Made by a program: the position numbers and the translations under genes
In this document: piece after piece, positions 9,309 through 17,051 of the stretch
Numbering within the stretch: the stretch's first letter is position 1
Layout of the letters: each line of letters begins with the position of its first letter
The notes under the pieces: generated by a model
Seen by the model: only the letters and a program-made list of their open reading frames with translations
Told to the model about the DNA's origin: nothing
Database searches by the model: none
Source of the DNA: a virus
Taxonomy: Duplodnaviria > Caudoviricetes
IMG/VR virus record: IMGVR_UViG_3300017651_000176
Coordinates: 1 to 54,185 of that record
DNA length: 54,185 bases
Direction: 5' to 3' (one strand)

Positions 9309-9402
9309 CGGCTTCGGGGAGCGGGCCGGTAGCCCGGTGTAGTTCCTGAAAGTCACTTTCAGCGCCGGTGACGTTGCGGCGCCGGCCCGCTTTCCGAAGC
9401 CG
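9309..9402 (-). ncRNA. Cloverleaf-like structured RNA element, copy A
   Basis: Closing stem CGGCTTCGGGGAGCGGG / CCCGCTTTCCGAAGCCG enclosing small hairpins; shares a 20-mer with 12059-12078. Confidence 0.5.
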
Positions 9403-9527
9403 GCCCAGGTCGGGGCAGGCGTGCTGCTACTTGCTGATCGAACGGCCCAAGTTGAAAACGTCGATTAGTTCTTCAATGAGACGAGTGATTGCGTTTAGCA
9501 TCAGGCTTTCCTTTTTTTCAGACCGCT

Positions 9528-10241
9528 ATGACACAGGTGATGGACGAAATTAAAGACAAACTCGGTGTGCCCATCTGGGCGACGATTTACGCGTTCGCAC
9601 TGAGTGGCCTCTATTCTTTTGCGTTTTGGAGACCATTCGGTCTTCAACCGTTTACCTTTTACGCAGTCCAGGACGTCGTTACCTTCGGGTTGGGCAGGAC
9701 TGCCTACTTGGCAGTTGCGCCTTTGATCACCGCCATTGCAGGCTGGGGGCTGTTTTATTGGGGGGTTCTAGCCAGTGCGATATGGCTGCGAGTCTTAATG
9801 GCGTGCTTGCTCGGCGGCATATTCGCAAACCAATTCATTGATGCAATTGACACCTATAAAGCTTACAGTTTTCATTTTTCGAACGAGCTTTCGATACCTG
9901 TGGTCGCTGGAGTCCTGTTCGTTGGCGCCATTGCGCTGTTCGTTAGAGCTTATTGGCATAAGCAAGCTGCTTACGCGCAGGTTCTCGCTCTCGCCGCTGT
10001 TCAGGGCGCAACGATGCTTGCAGCGGGCTACTCAGATGGCAAGCAGATTTACGAAGGCACAGATACGGTTTTCTTTTTGGAAAACAGAGGCCTGTGCGAT
10101 GGCTACTCCCCTCGCGACTGGGTCCATGTTGCCACTCTGGATGAAAGGTCAATCTTTTTGAACACGATCGACAAACGAATTTGCTTCACCAACGAAACCG
10201 ATTTTGTCTTGGTGTCTCGCAAGCGAAGCGAAGTTTTGTAG
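9528..10241 (+). CDS. Moron-like polytopic membrane protein (inverted orientation)
   Basis: About 5 hydrophobic segments plus C-terminal soluble domain with two Cys; AT-richer. Confidence 0.7.
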   Translation: MTQVMDEIKDKLGVPIWATIYAFALSGLYSFAFWRPFGLQPFTFYAVQDVVTFGLGRTAYLAVAPLITAIAGWGLFYWGVLASAIWLRVLMACLLGGIFANQFIDAIDTYKAYSFHFSNELSIPVVAGVLFVGAIALFVRAYWHKQAAYAQVLALAAVQGATMLAAGYSDGKQIYEGTDTVFFLENRGLCDGYSPRDWVHVATLDERSIFLNTIDKRICFTNETDFVLVSRKRSEVL

Positions 10242-10251
10242 GAGCTTCTTA

Positions 10252-10443
10252 TCATCCAAATGACGCGGCGTGAGTGCTTGTAGTGAACGATACGCCGGAG
10301 CTCTCGTCGCCACGCATTTCCAGGTCGTCGCCGGGTCGGTACGCGTGGCTGGCCAGGGCGGCTTCGAGGTCATCCTGGGTCAAGGACCTCGGCGCGGACA
10401 GCCGGTACAGTTTCTGATCCTTGAACCAAATAAAGAGCTCCAT
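10252..10443 (-). CDS. Phage hypothetical protein
   Basis: 63 aa directly downstream of ssb. Confidence 0.5.
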   Translation of the reverse strand: MELFIWFKDQKLYRLSAPRSLTQDDLEAALASHAYRPGDDLEMRGDESSGVSFTTSTHAASFG

Positions 10444-10463
10444 GGCGGCGCCGCCGTCCAGGG

Positions 10464-10964
10464 TTAGATGAAGTGGGCTTTGCGCCCGCCCAACGGGGCG
10501 AAGGGGATGTCGTCGTCCATCGAGGCGAGGCTGCCGCCGGCAGGCTGCGACGAGGTGGGGTTCTGGCGGGGGCGGGAATCGGTGCCGTCAGGCGCGTCAG
10601 CCGCATGGCCGCCCTGCTGAGAGGCATCGCGGCCGCCCAGCATTTGCATTTGATCGGCGATGATCTCGGTGCTGTAGCGGTCGGCCCTGGTTTCTCGGTC
10701 TTGCCACTTTCGGGTCTTGAGGCGGCCTTCGATGTAGACGGGCCGCCCTTTGCGCAAGTATTCGCCGGCGATTTCAGCCTGGCGGTTGTACATAACCACG
10801 CGGTGCCATTCCGTCTCTTCGCGGCGCTCGCCCGTGGCCTTATCCTTCCACGTGGAAGTGGTGGCGACGGACATGTTGCAGATCGCCGCGCCATCGGGTG
10901 AGTAGCGCACGTCCGGGTCGCGGCCGAGGTGGCCAATGAGGATCACTTTGTTGACTGAAGGCAT
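10464..10964 (-). CDS. ssb: Single-stranded DNA-binding protein
   Basis: [19 protein letters not shown]...EWHRVV...DDDIPF. Confidence 0.95.
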   Translation of the reverse strand: MPSVNKVILIGHLGRDPDVRYSPDGAAICNMSVATTSTWKDKATGERREETEWHRVVMYNRQAEIAGEYLRKGRPVYIEGRLKTRKWQDRETRADRYSTEIIADQMQMLGGRDASQQGGHAADAPDGTDSRPRQNPTSSQPAGGSLASMDDDIPFAPLGGRKAHFI

Positions 10965-10967
10965 GAC

Positions 10968-11624
10968 CTACTCCAGGACGTTGCGCACCAGCGCGTGGTG
11001 GACCTCTCGAGCGAGTTCCTGCAGGCCGAGCTCGTTGCTGATCGCGTGGGCGCAGGCGATGTCTTCGATCTTGGACTCGCTGGGATGTGTGGCCGGCATG
11101 CTGTCGGCGATGCGGCGACGGATGCGCCACAGCTCGCCGACCAGGCTTTGCGTGATGTACCCGGCCTCGTTGGAAAAGCGAACGTCCGTAAAGCAAAGAC
11201 GCCGGTAGCCAGCGGCCATGAGCACATTGACGCGGTCGTTTGCGCGTTCGATCCAATAGTTCTCCCCGTCCACCTGGCGCCGGTACTCCGTTCCCCACAA
11301 CCGCAGAATTTCGCGGGGAGAGCGGGCGCGCCACAAGTCGAAACCCAGGCGGTTGGCGCGGTCGATGAAACGCTGATCACCGGACCGGCGAATCTGCAGG
11401 GTGTCGACGGGGCGCTCCTTCAGCAGTCGATCCGCCAGGATCGCCGGATCTATCGCGAACGCCGCGGTAACTTCATCACGCAGTGCATCTGCAAAGGCCA
11501 GCCGGGCGAAGCCACGCGTCTGGACCAGGATGTCCGCGCAGGTGTCTTTGCCGGCGCCGGCGCGGCCGACGAGGCCGACGACTGTGTATCGGGGGATGGG
11601 GGAAGGGGGCGGGGTTTGGGGCAT
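10968..11624 (-). CDS. Deoxynucleoside monophosphate kinase (phage type)
   Basis: P-loop GLVGRAGAGKDT, FADALR, PREILRLWGTEYRR, TDVRFSNE. Confidence 0.85.
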   Translation of the reverse strand: MPQTPPPSPIPRYTVVGLVGRAGAGKDTCADILVQTRGFARLAFADALRDEVTAAFAIDPAILADRLLKERPVDTLQIRRSGDQRFIDRANRLGFDLWRARSPREILRLWGTEYRRQVDGENYWIERANDRVNVLMAAGYRRLCFTDVRFSNEAGYITQSLVGELWRIRRRIADSMPATHPSESKIEDIACAHAISNELGLQELAREVHHALVRNVLE

Positions 11625-11677
11625 TGATTCAATCTCGTTCCGTGGCTTGGAGGCCGCCCGGGGCGGTTGTTGAAGCG

Positions 11678-11959
11678 CTATCGAAGCGCCAGGTGTTGAT
11701 CGAGATACGGGTATTGCGGAATCTCGGCGGTGATCGTTTGGCCGTCGGGGTTGGTCCAGGCGCACACGTACTCATTGCGCATAGGGTCCAGCAGCAGGCG
11801 GCCTGCTTTCCCGCAGGAGCGGGCCAGCAGTGTGGTGCGGTTCTTGTCGTCAGCGGCAAGTAGGCGTTGGTCCCTTGCGCCTACTGCGTTTCCGGCGGCG
11901 AAAATGATCGCGGAGGCCGGCAGCGCGACTGCCGCGGCCACGAGTGCAAGTCGTTTCAT
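11678..11959 (-). CDS. Secreted or membrane-anchored phage protein
   Basis: Signal-like MKRLALVAAAVALPASAIIFAAG; two Cys. Confidence 0.6.
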   Translation of the reverse strand: MKRLALVAAAVALPASAIIFAAGNAVGARDQRLLAADDKNRTTLLARSCGKAGRLLLDPMRNEYVCAWTNPDGQTITAEIPQYPYLDQHLALR

Positions 11960-12056
11960 TTCGAGTCCGATGTGATATGGGCGCAATGCGCAGGGGGAAT
12001 TCCGGCTTTGACCATGTCCGGCATGGGCCTGTGCGCGTCAGGCTCGCGGAAGGTGA

Positions 12057-12156
12057 GGGGCTTCGGGGAGCGGGCCGGAAGTGGCCCGGGAGGTCATGGG
12101 TTGAACCGCGATTGCGCCGGCGGCTGGGCGGCGCCGACCCGCTCTCCGAATGCCCC
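12057..12156 (-). ncRNA. Cloverleaf-like structured RNA element, copy B
   Basis: GGGGCTTCGGGGAGCGGG / CCCGCTCTCCGAATGCCCC closing stem; same internal GCGCCG...CGGCGC and CCGG...CCGG hairpins as copy A. Confidence 0.5.
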
Positions 12157-12189
12157 CCCCCATGCAACAGAGCACTGGGGGGCGGCGGA

Positions 12190-12372
12190 TTAGCTGACCA
12201 GGCGGTTCTTGAAGGTGCCCATCGAGCACTGATGCACTTTGTTGTCGACCTTGTAGGTGACGGTGTGGCCCAGGCCGCGGCGCGTGATGGCGGTGACGTT
12301 CGCCGCGACGGGTTTACCGCGCGGGCTGGAGGGCTTCAGTTGATAGGTCTGGCCGGTGGTGATTTCGGGCAT
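12190..12372 (-). CDS. Small basic phage protein
   Basis: 60 aa, RBS GAGGA upstream. Confidence 0.65.
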   Translation of the reverse strand: MPEITTGQTYQLKPSSPRGKPVAANVTAITRRGLGHTVTYKVDNKVHQCSMGTFKNRLVS

Positions 12373-12784
12373 GGGTTCCTCTGTGGTTGTTGACGCCGAC
12401 CGGGCGTCACGGGGTTGAAAACGGGTCTACCAGTGGTTCGCCTTGGCGATCACGTGGAGGATGTTGAAAAGGGCCGCGCCGAGCTGGCGCATCTGCTGCG
12501 TGAAGATTGCGAACATGGATGGGGCCTTACGAGAGGTGAAAGAGAGACGCTCAGGGCGGCGCATCCCGTCGCCGGGGCGCGCCTTTCGCACAGTGTTGGA
12601 CCCCGGCCTGGCGAAATGCCTCGGGGATGCGCCGGCCTGAGCGGCCGTGGAGGGATGCCGGGTTTCCACCGGACTGCCCGCCTGGATGTCTCGGCGGTCT
12701 ACCCCTCATGCCGAAGCTTCGGGCGAATCGGGTGATGGGCCGGCCGTCGCCGCGCTCCTAAGAACGAGCGCCCGAAGGCGCTTC

Positions 12785-12902
12785 ACCATCATCGAAGCGG
12801 GCCGGGCTTGATACCGGCTCTGCCACCCCCGCATGCGTAGACGTGGCGCTCCCGCATGCTCTTGGTTGCGTGTCCTATCCACGCCGCCGCTTCGATGATG
12901 GT
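12785..12902 (-). ncRNA. tRNA-elbow-like structured RNA, copy C
   Basis: Perfect 16-bp stem ACCATCATCGAAGCGG/CCGCTTCGATGATGGT; on minus strand a D-like arm GCGTG-GATAGGA-CACGC and T-like arm GCCGG-TATCAAGC-CCGGC. Confidence 0.55.
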
Positions 12903-13128
12903 CCCCGTCTTTCCGGGGTGTCACATCGCTACGAGCCGACCAGCCGGGGCCGATAGGTCGCTAAGCCAACAGCATCGCGCTCGATGAAGCGCCATCGTCA
13001 CAGGGTTGGCTCCCGCCGCACCTAAGCTGACTCGGTGCGGAATCCCGTGTTTACGACAGTAGGTTGTCAGCCCAGCGGGAGGATCGTGCCCAGCTCATTC
13101 CCCGCACGCGGGGCATGAGCCGGGGCTG

Positions 13129-13338
13129 CTAGCGATATGCGCTCATTCCAGCGGTCGATTTCACGGCGGCAAGCCTTTCCAGTGCGGCGCGCGTCAAGCC
13201 TTCGCGGAACATGTGTTCTGCGCACAGAGTCGCGGTTTCGCGGGAGCGCTCGCGCACGTCGGCGGGCAGCGTTTCGTCATCGCGTCGCGCTTCGGCTTCG
13301 GTCAGGGTTTTCCACAGTTCGGCGTAGGTCATGGTCAT
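13129..13338 (-). CDS. Phage hypothetical protein
   Basis: 69 aa helical, RBS GAGGA. Confidence 0.6.
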   Translation of the reverse strand: MTMTYAELWKTLTEAEARRDDETLPADVRERSRETATLCAEHMFREGLTRAALERLAAVKSTAGMSAYR

Positions 13339-13355
13339 TTCCTCAGTGCTGGGGT

Positions 13356-14075
13356 TCAGTCGTCATACTGTTCGGAAGCGGCCGATTCCACGTCATCCGG
13401 GTCCATGTCGAATTCGAGACGCGCGCGACCCACGTAGAGGGCGAGCAGAGTTGCTTCGAAGCTGCCGACGGCATTGGGAAGCGATCCCGGTGTAATTTGC
13501 CTGCCGCTCAGCTTCATCGCATAGCAATGGCCGTCCTTGTCGAAATCAAGCCGGTAGTCTGCGGCGTGCTTTTCGGTTTTGCCGGTCCCGCTTCCGTAGA
13601 GGCTCCCTTTGTTCGTCTGGCGGTCCAGGTAGAGGTGCGAGAACCCGTACTGTTGCTCAAACAGCGCGTAGAACGCCTCGTGTTCCTCGACGAACAATCC
13701 GTGTCGCGCATCCTCCATCAGCTGGGACAGTTTGACCGTGGCGGGTACGTCGGGCATCACGCTATCTACAGCCTTCTTGAGCGCCGTGTTTAGTGCGGCT
13801 GCGTTCTGGCCGTGAACCGCGTCGCGCAAAGCTTCGTTCAGTACGTGCTGGAACTTCGCGACATCGGCTACTTCGATGCCGTGCGGCATCGCCGCAGCAA
13901 GTTGGTCCTTGAGGGTGGTGCGGAAAGTGCTGCGATAGCCTGTGGCGTCATCAATGGCGCTGGTGATGGCCCCAATGATGTGCTTGTCCAGGATGGGCTG
14001 GAGCTTTTCGGGTGCCAGGGCCTGGGCAACGGCGGCCTCCAGGTCGATGTTGATCTTCAGTTCCATGAGGGGCAT
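13356..14075 (-). CDS. Phage hypothetical protein
   Basis: 239 aa, RBS AGGA, left operon. Confidence 0.75.
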   Translation of the reverse strand: MPLMELKINIDLEAAVAQALAPEKLQPILDKHIIGAITSAIDDATGYRSTFRTTLKDQLAAAMPHGIEVADVAKFQHVLNEALRDAVHGQNAAALNTALKKAVDSVMPDVPATVKLSQLMEDARHGLFVEEHEAFYALFEQQYGFSHLYLDRQTNKGSLYGSGTGKTEKHAADYRLDFDKDGHCYAMKLSGRQITPGSLPNAVGSFEATLLALYVGRARLEFDMDPDDVESAASEQYDD

Positions 14076-14120
14076 GTCCTATAAGGGGATTGCCCCGGGA
14101 AGGCACCCGGGGCGGGTGGG

Positions 14121-14426
14121 TCAGGCAAAGACGGTTTGGCCGATGTAGTTGCGCACTGCGGGCTTGAGGGTCCAGCCGGTGGAGCGCTTGCGGTGCTGGT
14201 CGAAGTCGGAGGCGTTCGCTGCATGGCCGCAGCTGCGGGCCATGGCGGCGCGGCTGATGATCTCTTCGCAGTCTTCGCCTACGGCGTCGCCGTTGCTCAT
14301 CAAGAAGCCTTTGACGATGCGAAGACCGCAGCAGGCGCAGCGGCGGCGGTCCTCCATCGGGGGCGAGACCTTGCGACCCGACAAGAAGTCGACGGCGCGG
14401 TCATCGAAGCGTGCAGCGCGATTCAT
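14121..14426 (-). CDS. Phage hypothetical protein with possible Zn ligands; first gene of the left operon
   Basis: CACCG...GEDC; start MNRAARF. Confidence 0.6.
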   Translation of the reverse strand: MNRAARFDDRAVDFLSGRKVSPPMEDRRRCACCGLRIVKGFLMSNGDAVGEDCEEIISRAAMARSCGHAANASDFDQHRKRSTGWTLKPAVRNYIGQTVFA

Positions 14427-14687
14427 ATGGGTTCTCTGTAGTTGGCTTCGGTAAGCGCCGCACGCGGCGCTGGCCGAAACCCGCTTTTCAGCGGAATCGG
14501 TTGCCGGCATTCCAACCGGCGTGACCGTTTCTGTTCTTGGCCGTCTGCGCCTCACCCTGTTGACCGTGAACCGCGCTTTGGCGGACTGGATACGGTAGGG
14601 ACACCGCGCAGAGCTGCGGCCATGCCCGCAGTTGCGATTGAGCCGGACGAACACCCCACAGGCGGGGTGAGCAACATCGGCGGCAGA

Positions 14688-14699
14688 TTGTTAAGGAGC
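14688..14699 (-). promoter_or_regulatory. boxA-like antitermination element (nutL-like)
   Basis: GCTCCTTAACAA on minus strand, 1 mismatch to boxA GCTCTTTAACAA, about 120 nt downstream of OL. Confidence 0.6.
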
Positions 14700-14822
14700 T
14701 GTTCTCGCCTTCCCCAGTCCGACTTAGTGGCGGTGACGTCTCCCGCTTGAGGCGATGCCCTGACTGCTGACTGCGGGTCCGTGGGGGTGTTTCTGGCGCC
14801 GCGTTTGCAGCGTTGAATGAAT

Positions 14823-14865
14823 AATAACCATGGTTATTTAATGAGTCAATAACTATGGTTATTGA
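14823..14865 (-). promoter_or_regulatory. OL operators and pL promoter
   Basis: Palindromes AATAACCATGGTTATT (14823-14838) and AATAACTATGGTTATT (14848-14863) matching OR; minus-strand TTGACT -35 with TATTAT/TATTCA-like -10. Confidence 0.85.
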
Positions 14866-14938
14866 TTGGGCAGGGCGGAACGCGAGGCAGCTTTCGGCTA
14901 CTATCGAAGAATCGTTTTGTTACAAAAGGGAAAGAAAA

Positions 14939-15676
14939 ATGCGGATTCTTACGGGCGGGCTATTAGCTTTGTCGCTATTGGGATGTAAACCCGCAGTGCA
15001 GGGGGATGCGAACAAAGAGCCGCCCCGCAGTCCTGTAGCATCAGCTTCAGAGGGGGCTAGCGCGCCGGCGTCCGCTGTTCCTAAGCCGGCGCAGCCCGGA
15101 GCGGCGCCTTCCTCTGACGCGAAAGGCATCGACCCGGCCGAAATTGTCGAATGCGCTCGTGAGGTGAGCACGGTCATTCGGCTTGCGTGCTACGACGCAC
15201 TTGCCGTGTCGGAAGGTCTTGCGCCGAGAGCCGAAACCGTCGAGAGACCAGCGGTTGGTGCCTGGCGCGTTCGCAAAGACGTTGATCCGCTCACTGACAA
15301 CCCGATCTACTTCGCGACGCTGTTTGCAGATACAGGAAAGGGTAGGTATGGAGGCCCAATCACCCTGACGGTCCGTTGCAAGAACAGTCTTACTGAACTG
15401 TATGTGGGCTGGGGCTCCTACTTGGGAAGCGACGATACGGAAGTCGTTTACCGAATAGACAAGGAAAAGCCGATTCGAGCCGACTGGTCGAATTCGACCG
15501 ACAACAAAGCAACTTTTTTCCCGGGGTCTCCAGTGGCAACATTGAAGAGATTAGTTGACAGCACGTCGTTTGTTGCTAGCGTGACTCCGTACAATGAAAA
15601 CCCTATAACGGCAACGTTTAATACTTCGGGCGCGAAGGAAGCGCTAGCAGACTTGCGTAGTGGCTGCGGTTGGTAG
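14939..15676 (+). CDS. Lipoprotein, VasI/TagO-like (T6SS-associated family)
   Basis: Lipobox LLGC, Pro/Ala linker, CAREVSTVIRLACYDAL, W...DPLTD and terminal CGW pattern. Confidence 0.65.
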   Translation: MRILTGGLLALSLLGCKPAVQGDANKEPPRSPVASASEGASAPASAVPKPAQPGAAPSSDAKGIDPAEIVECAREVSTVIRLACYDALAVSEGLAPRAETVERPAVGAWRVRKDVDPLTDNPIYFATLFADTGKGRYGGPITLTVRCKNSLTELYVGWGSYLGSDDTEVVYRIDKEKPIRADWSNSTDNKATFFPGSPVATLKRLVDSTSFVASVTPYNENPITATFNTSGAKEALADLRSGCGW

Positions 15677-15741
15677 TGCGCCGATTGAGCCAGTAGGTGA
15701 GCCTACCTGTCGATTCTTTCGTGAACGCTGTATTGACGCAA

Positions 15742-15763
15742 CAAAGCCACCCGAAGGTGGCTT
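15742..15763. terminator. Hairpin, possibly bidirectional terminator
   Basis: AAGCCACC-CGAA-GGTGGCTT between convergent genes. Confidence 0.6.
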
Positions 15764-15768
15764 GGGTC

Positions 15769-15834
15769 TTAGTAGGCTGGCTGTGCCCAGAGGGCCAGTG
15801 CCAGCACTGCCACCCAGATCATGATTCGCATCAT
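15769..15834 (-). CDS. 21-aa hydrophobic peptide, Ibs-like type I toxin candidate
   Basis: MMRIMIWVAVLALALWAQPAY with AGGAG 6 nt upstream; same MM[KR]...AY frame as E. coli Ibs peptides. Confidence 0.6.
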   Translation of the reverse strand: MMRIMIWVAVLALALWAQPAY

Positions 15835-16004
15835 GACTGGCTCCTTCTGCCTAGGAACCATCTCCTAGTAAAGGAGAAGTCATGATCAATTGCAGATAAT
15901 TGGGCCGAGCAACGAGAGAGCCACTTGAAGGGACTGCTCCTAGGGCTGGGTCAGTATCCAGCTTTTGGGGTGGTCAGTTCAGGAGGTGATTTGCTGTTAG
16001 CAGG

Positions 16005-16409
16005 TCAATGACTGGATTCTTCAATATCCCACCCGCCCCACCCCCATGCCGAAAGCTTGAGATGGACGAAAACAGGCTTGGCTCCGACCTCGAGACCTAG
16101 TTCTGAGGTGGGCCGCGATTCACCATTACGGCTGACACCGACTAGGCGACGGCCCTCCGGCAAGAAGACTTGGAGGACTTCTCCGTCACCTATAGTCCCA
16201 ATCCGCTTGCCGTCCACATAGATGCCCAGCCGATAGGCATGGAGCGGCCAGCTATCTCTTTTTATCGTGACTGAGCCTCGATCAGCGGCAGGTTCCAGCA
16301 AACTCTGATCCAGAACTTCAGCGTTTGCGGTTTTACGGCCGGTGCTTGCGTCGGGCACAGAGGCGCACGCGGTGAGTAGGGAAGCTAAGACGAGTGCGGC
16401 AATCCGCAT
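16005..16409 (-). CDS. Lipoprotein
   Basis: Lipobox LLTAC; beta-rich body IYVDGKRIGTI; RBS GAGG. Confidence 0.8.
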   Translation of the reverse strand: MRIAALVLASLLTACASVPDASTGRKTANAEVLDQSLLEPAADRGSVTIKRDSWPLHAYRLGIYVDGKRIGTIGDGEVLQVFLPEGRRLVGVSRNGESRPTSELGLEVGAKPVFVHLKLSAWGWGGWDIEESSH

Positions 16410-16494
16410 TGAGCAACCTCTTCAAAGAATAATTTTGTCATTGCAGGAGCAGATTGCCGATTGTAAGCCAGGGCAAATCCGTGTGCGGCGAAAC

Positions 16495-16516
16495 AAAAAA
16501 GCCACCCGGAGGTGGC
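16495..16516 (-). terminator. Rho-independent terminator for the leftward cI-CapRel transcript
   Basis: GCCACC-CGGA-GGTGGC preceded by A6 (U-tract on minus strand). Confidence 0.7.
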
Positions 16517-16610
16517 GTTATTATGCGGGCGGCTTAGTAGGCCGCCGCACCCATTGCCCAAGACTCTCTGTATACTTTACGAACCGCATTCTAGAACTTT
16601 GGAGACCAGC

Positions 16611-17051
16611 ATGAGTTGGCTTGGCAAAGAGCGGGAAGCAGAGGTTTTTGTCGAACGCCTGATTTGGCCGACAGGGCCACGATGCCCCTTTTGTTCGTCG
16701 GCGCGCTCCACCGTGTTGCAACGAGCGGATGGCAAGGTACAGCTCTATAAATGCCGAGATTGCAGAAGGAATTACACGGTCAGGCGGGGGACCGTGTTCG
16801 ACCACACTCATCTCCAGCTATCGCAATGGCTCGAGGCCATGCGGGTTCTAGCTGAAAGTCCGAGCGTATCTGCGGCTGATCTGGCACAGCGAATTGGCGT
16901 TTCTCGAAGGACCGCCTATCGAGTCCTATCGTCGTTGCGTGAGGTGATAGGGAACGTCAGTAACGCGCCTCAATCGGAGGCGCACTTAAGTTTCGACGAT
17001 GTCGCCTCCGCCATCAGGGCGTCATGGCAGGCTTGGTTTGTTGAGGAATGA
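16611..17051 (+). CDS. IS1595-type Zn-ribbon plus HTH protein lacking a DDE domain
   Basis: WPTGPRCPFC...YKCRDCRRNYTVRRGTVFDHTHL..SAADLAQRIGVSRRTAYRVL; RBS GGAG; ends at 146 aa. Confidence 0.75.
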   Translation: MSWLGKEREAEVFVERLIWPTGPRCPFCSSARSTVLQRADGKVQLYKCRDCRRNYTVRRGTVFDHTHLQLSQWLEAMRVLAESPSVSAADLAQRIGVSRRTAYRVLSSLREVIGNVSNAPQSEAHLSFDDVASAIRASWQAWFVEE

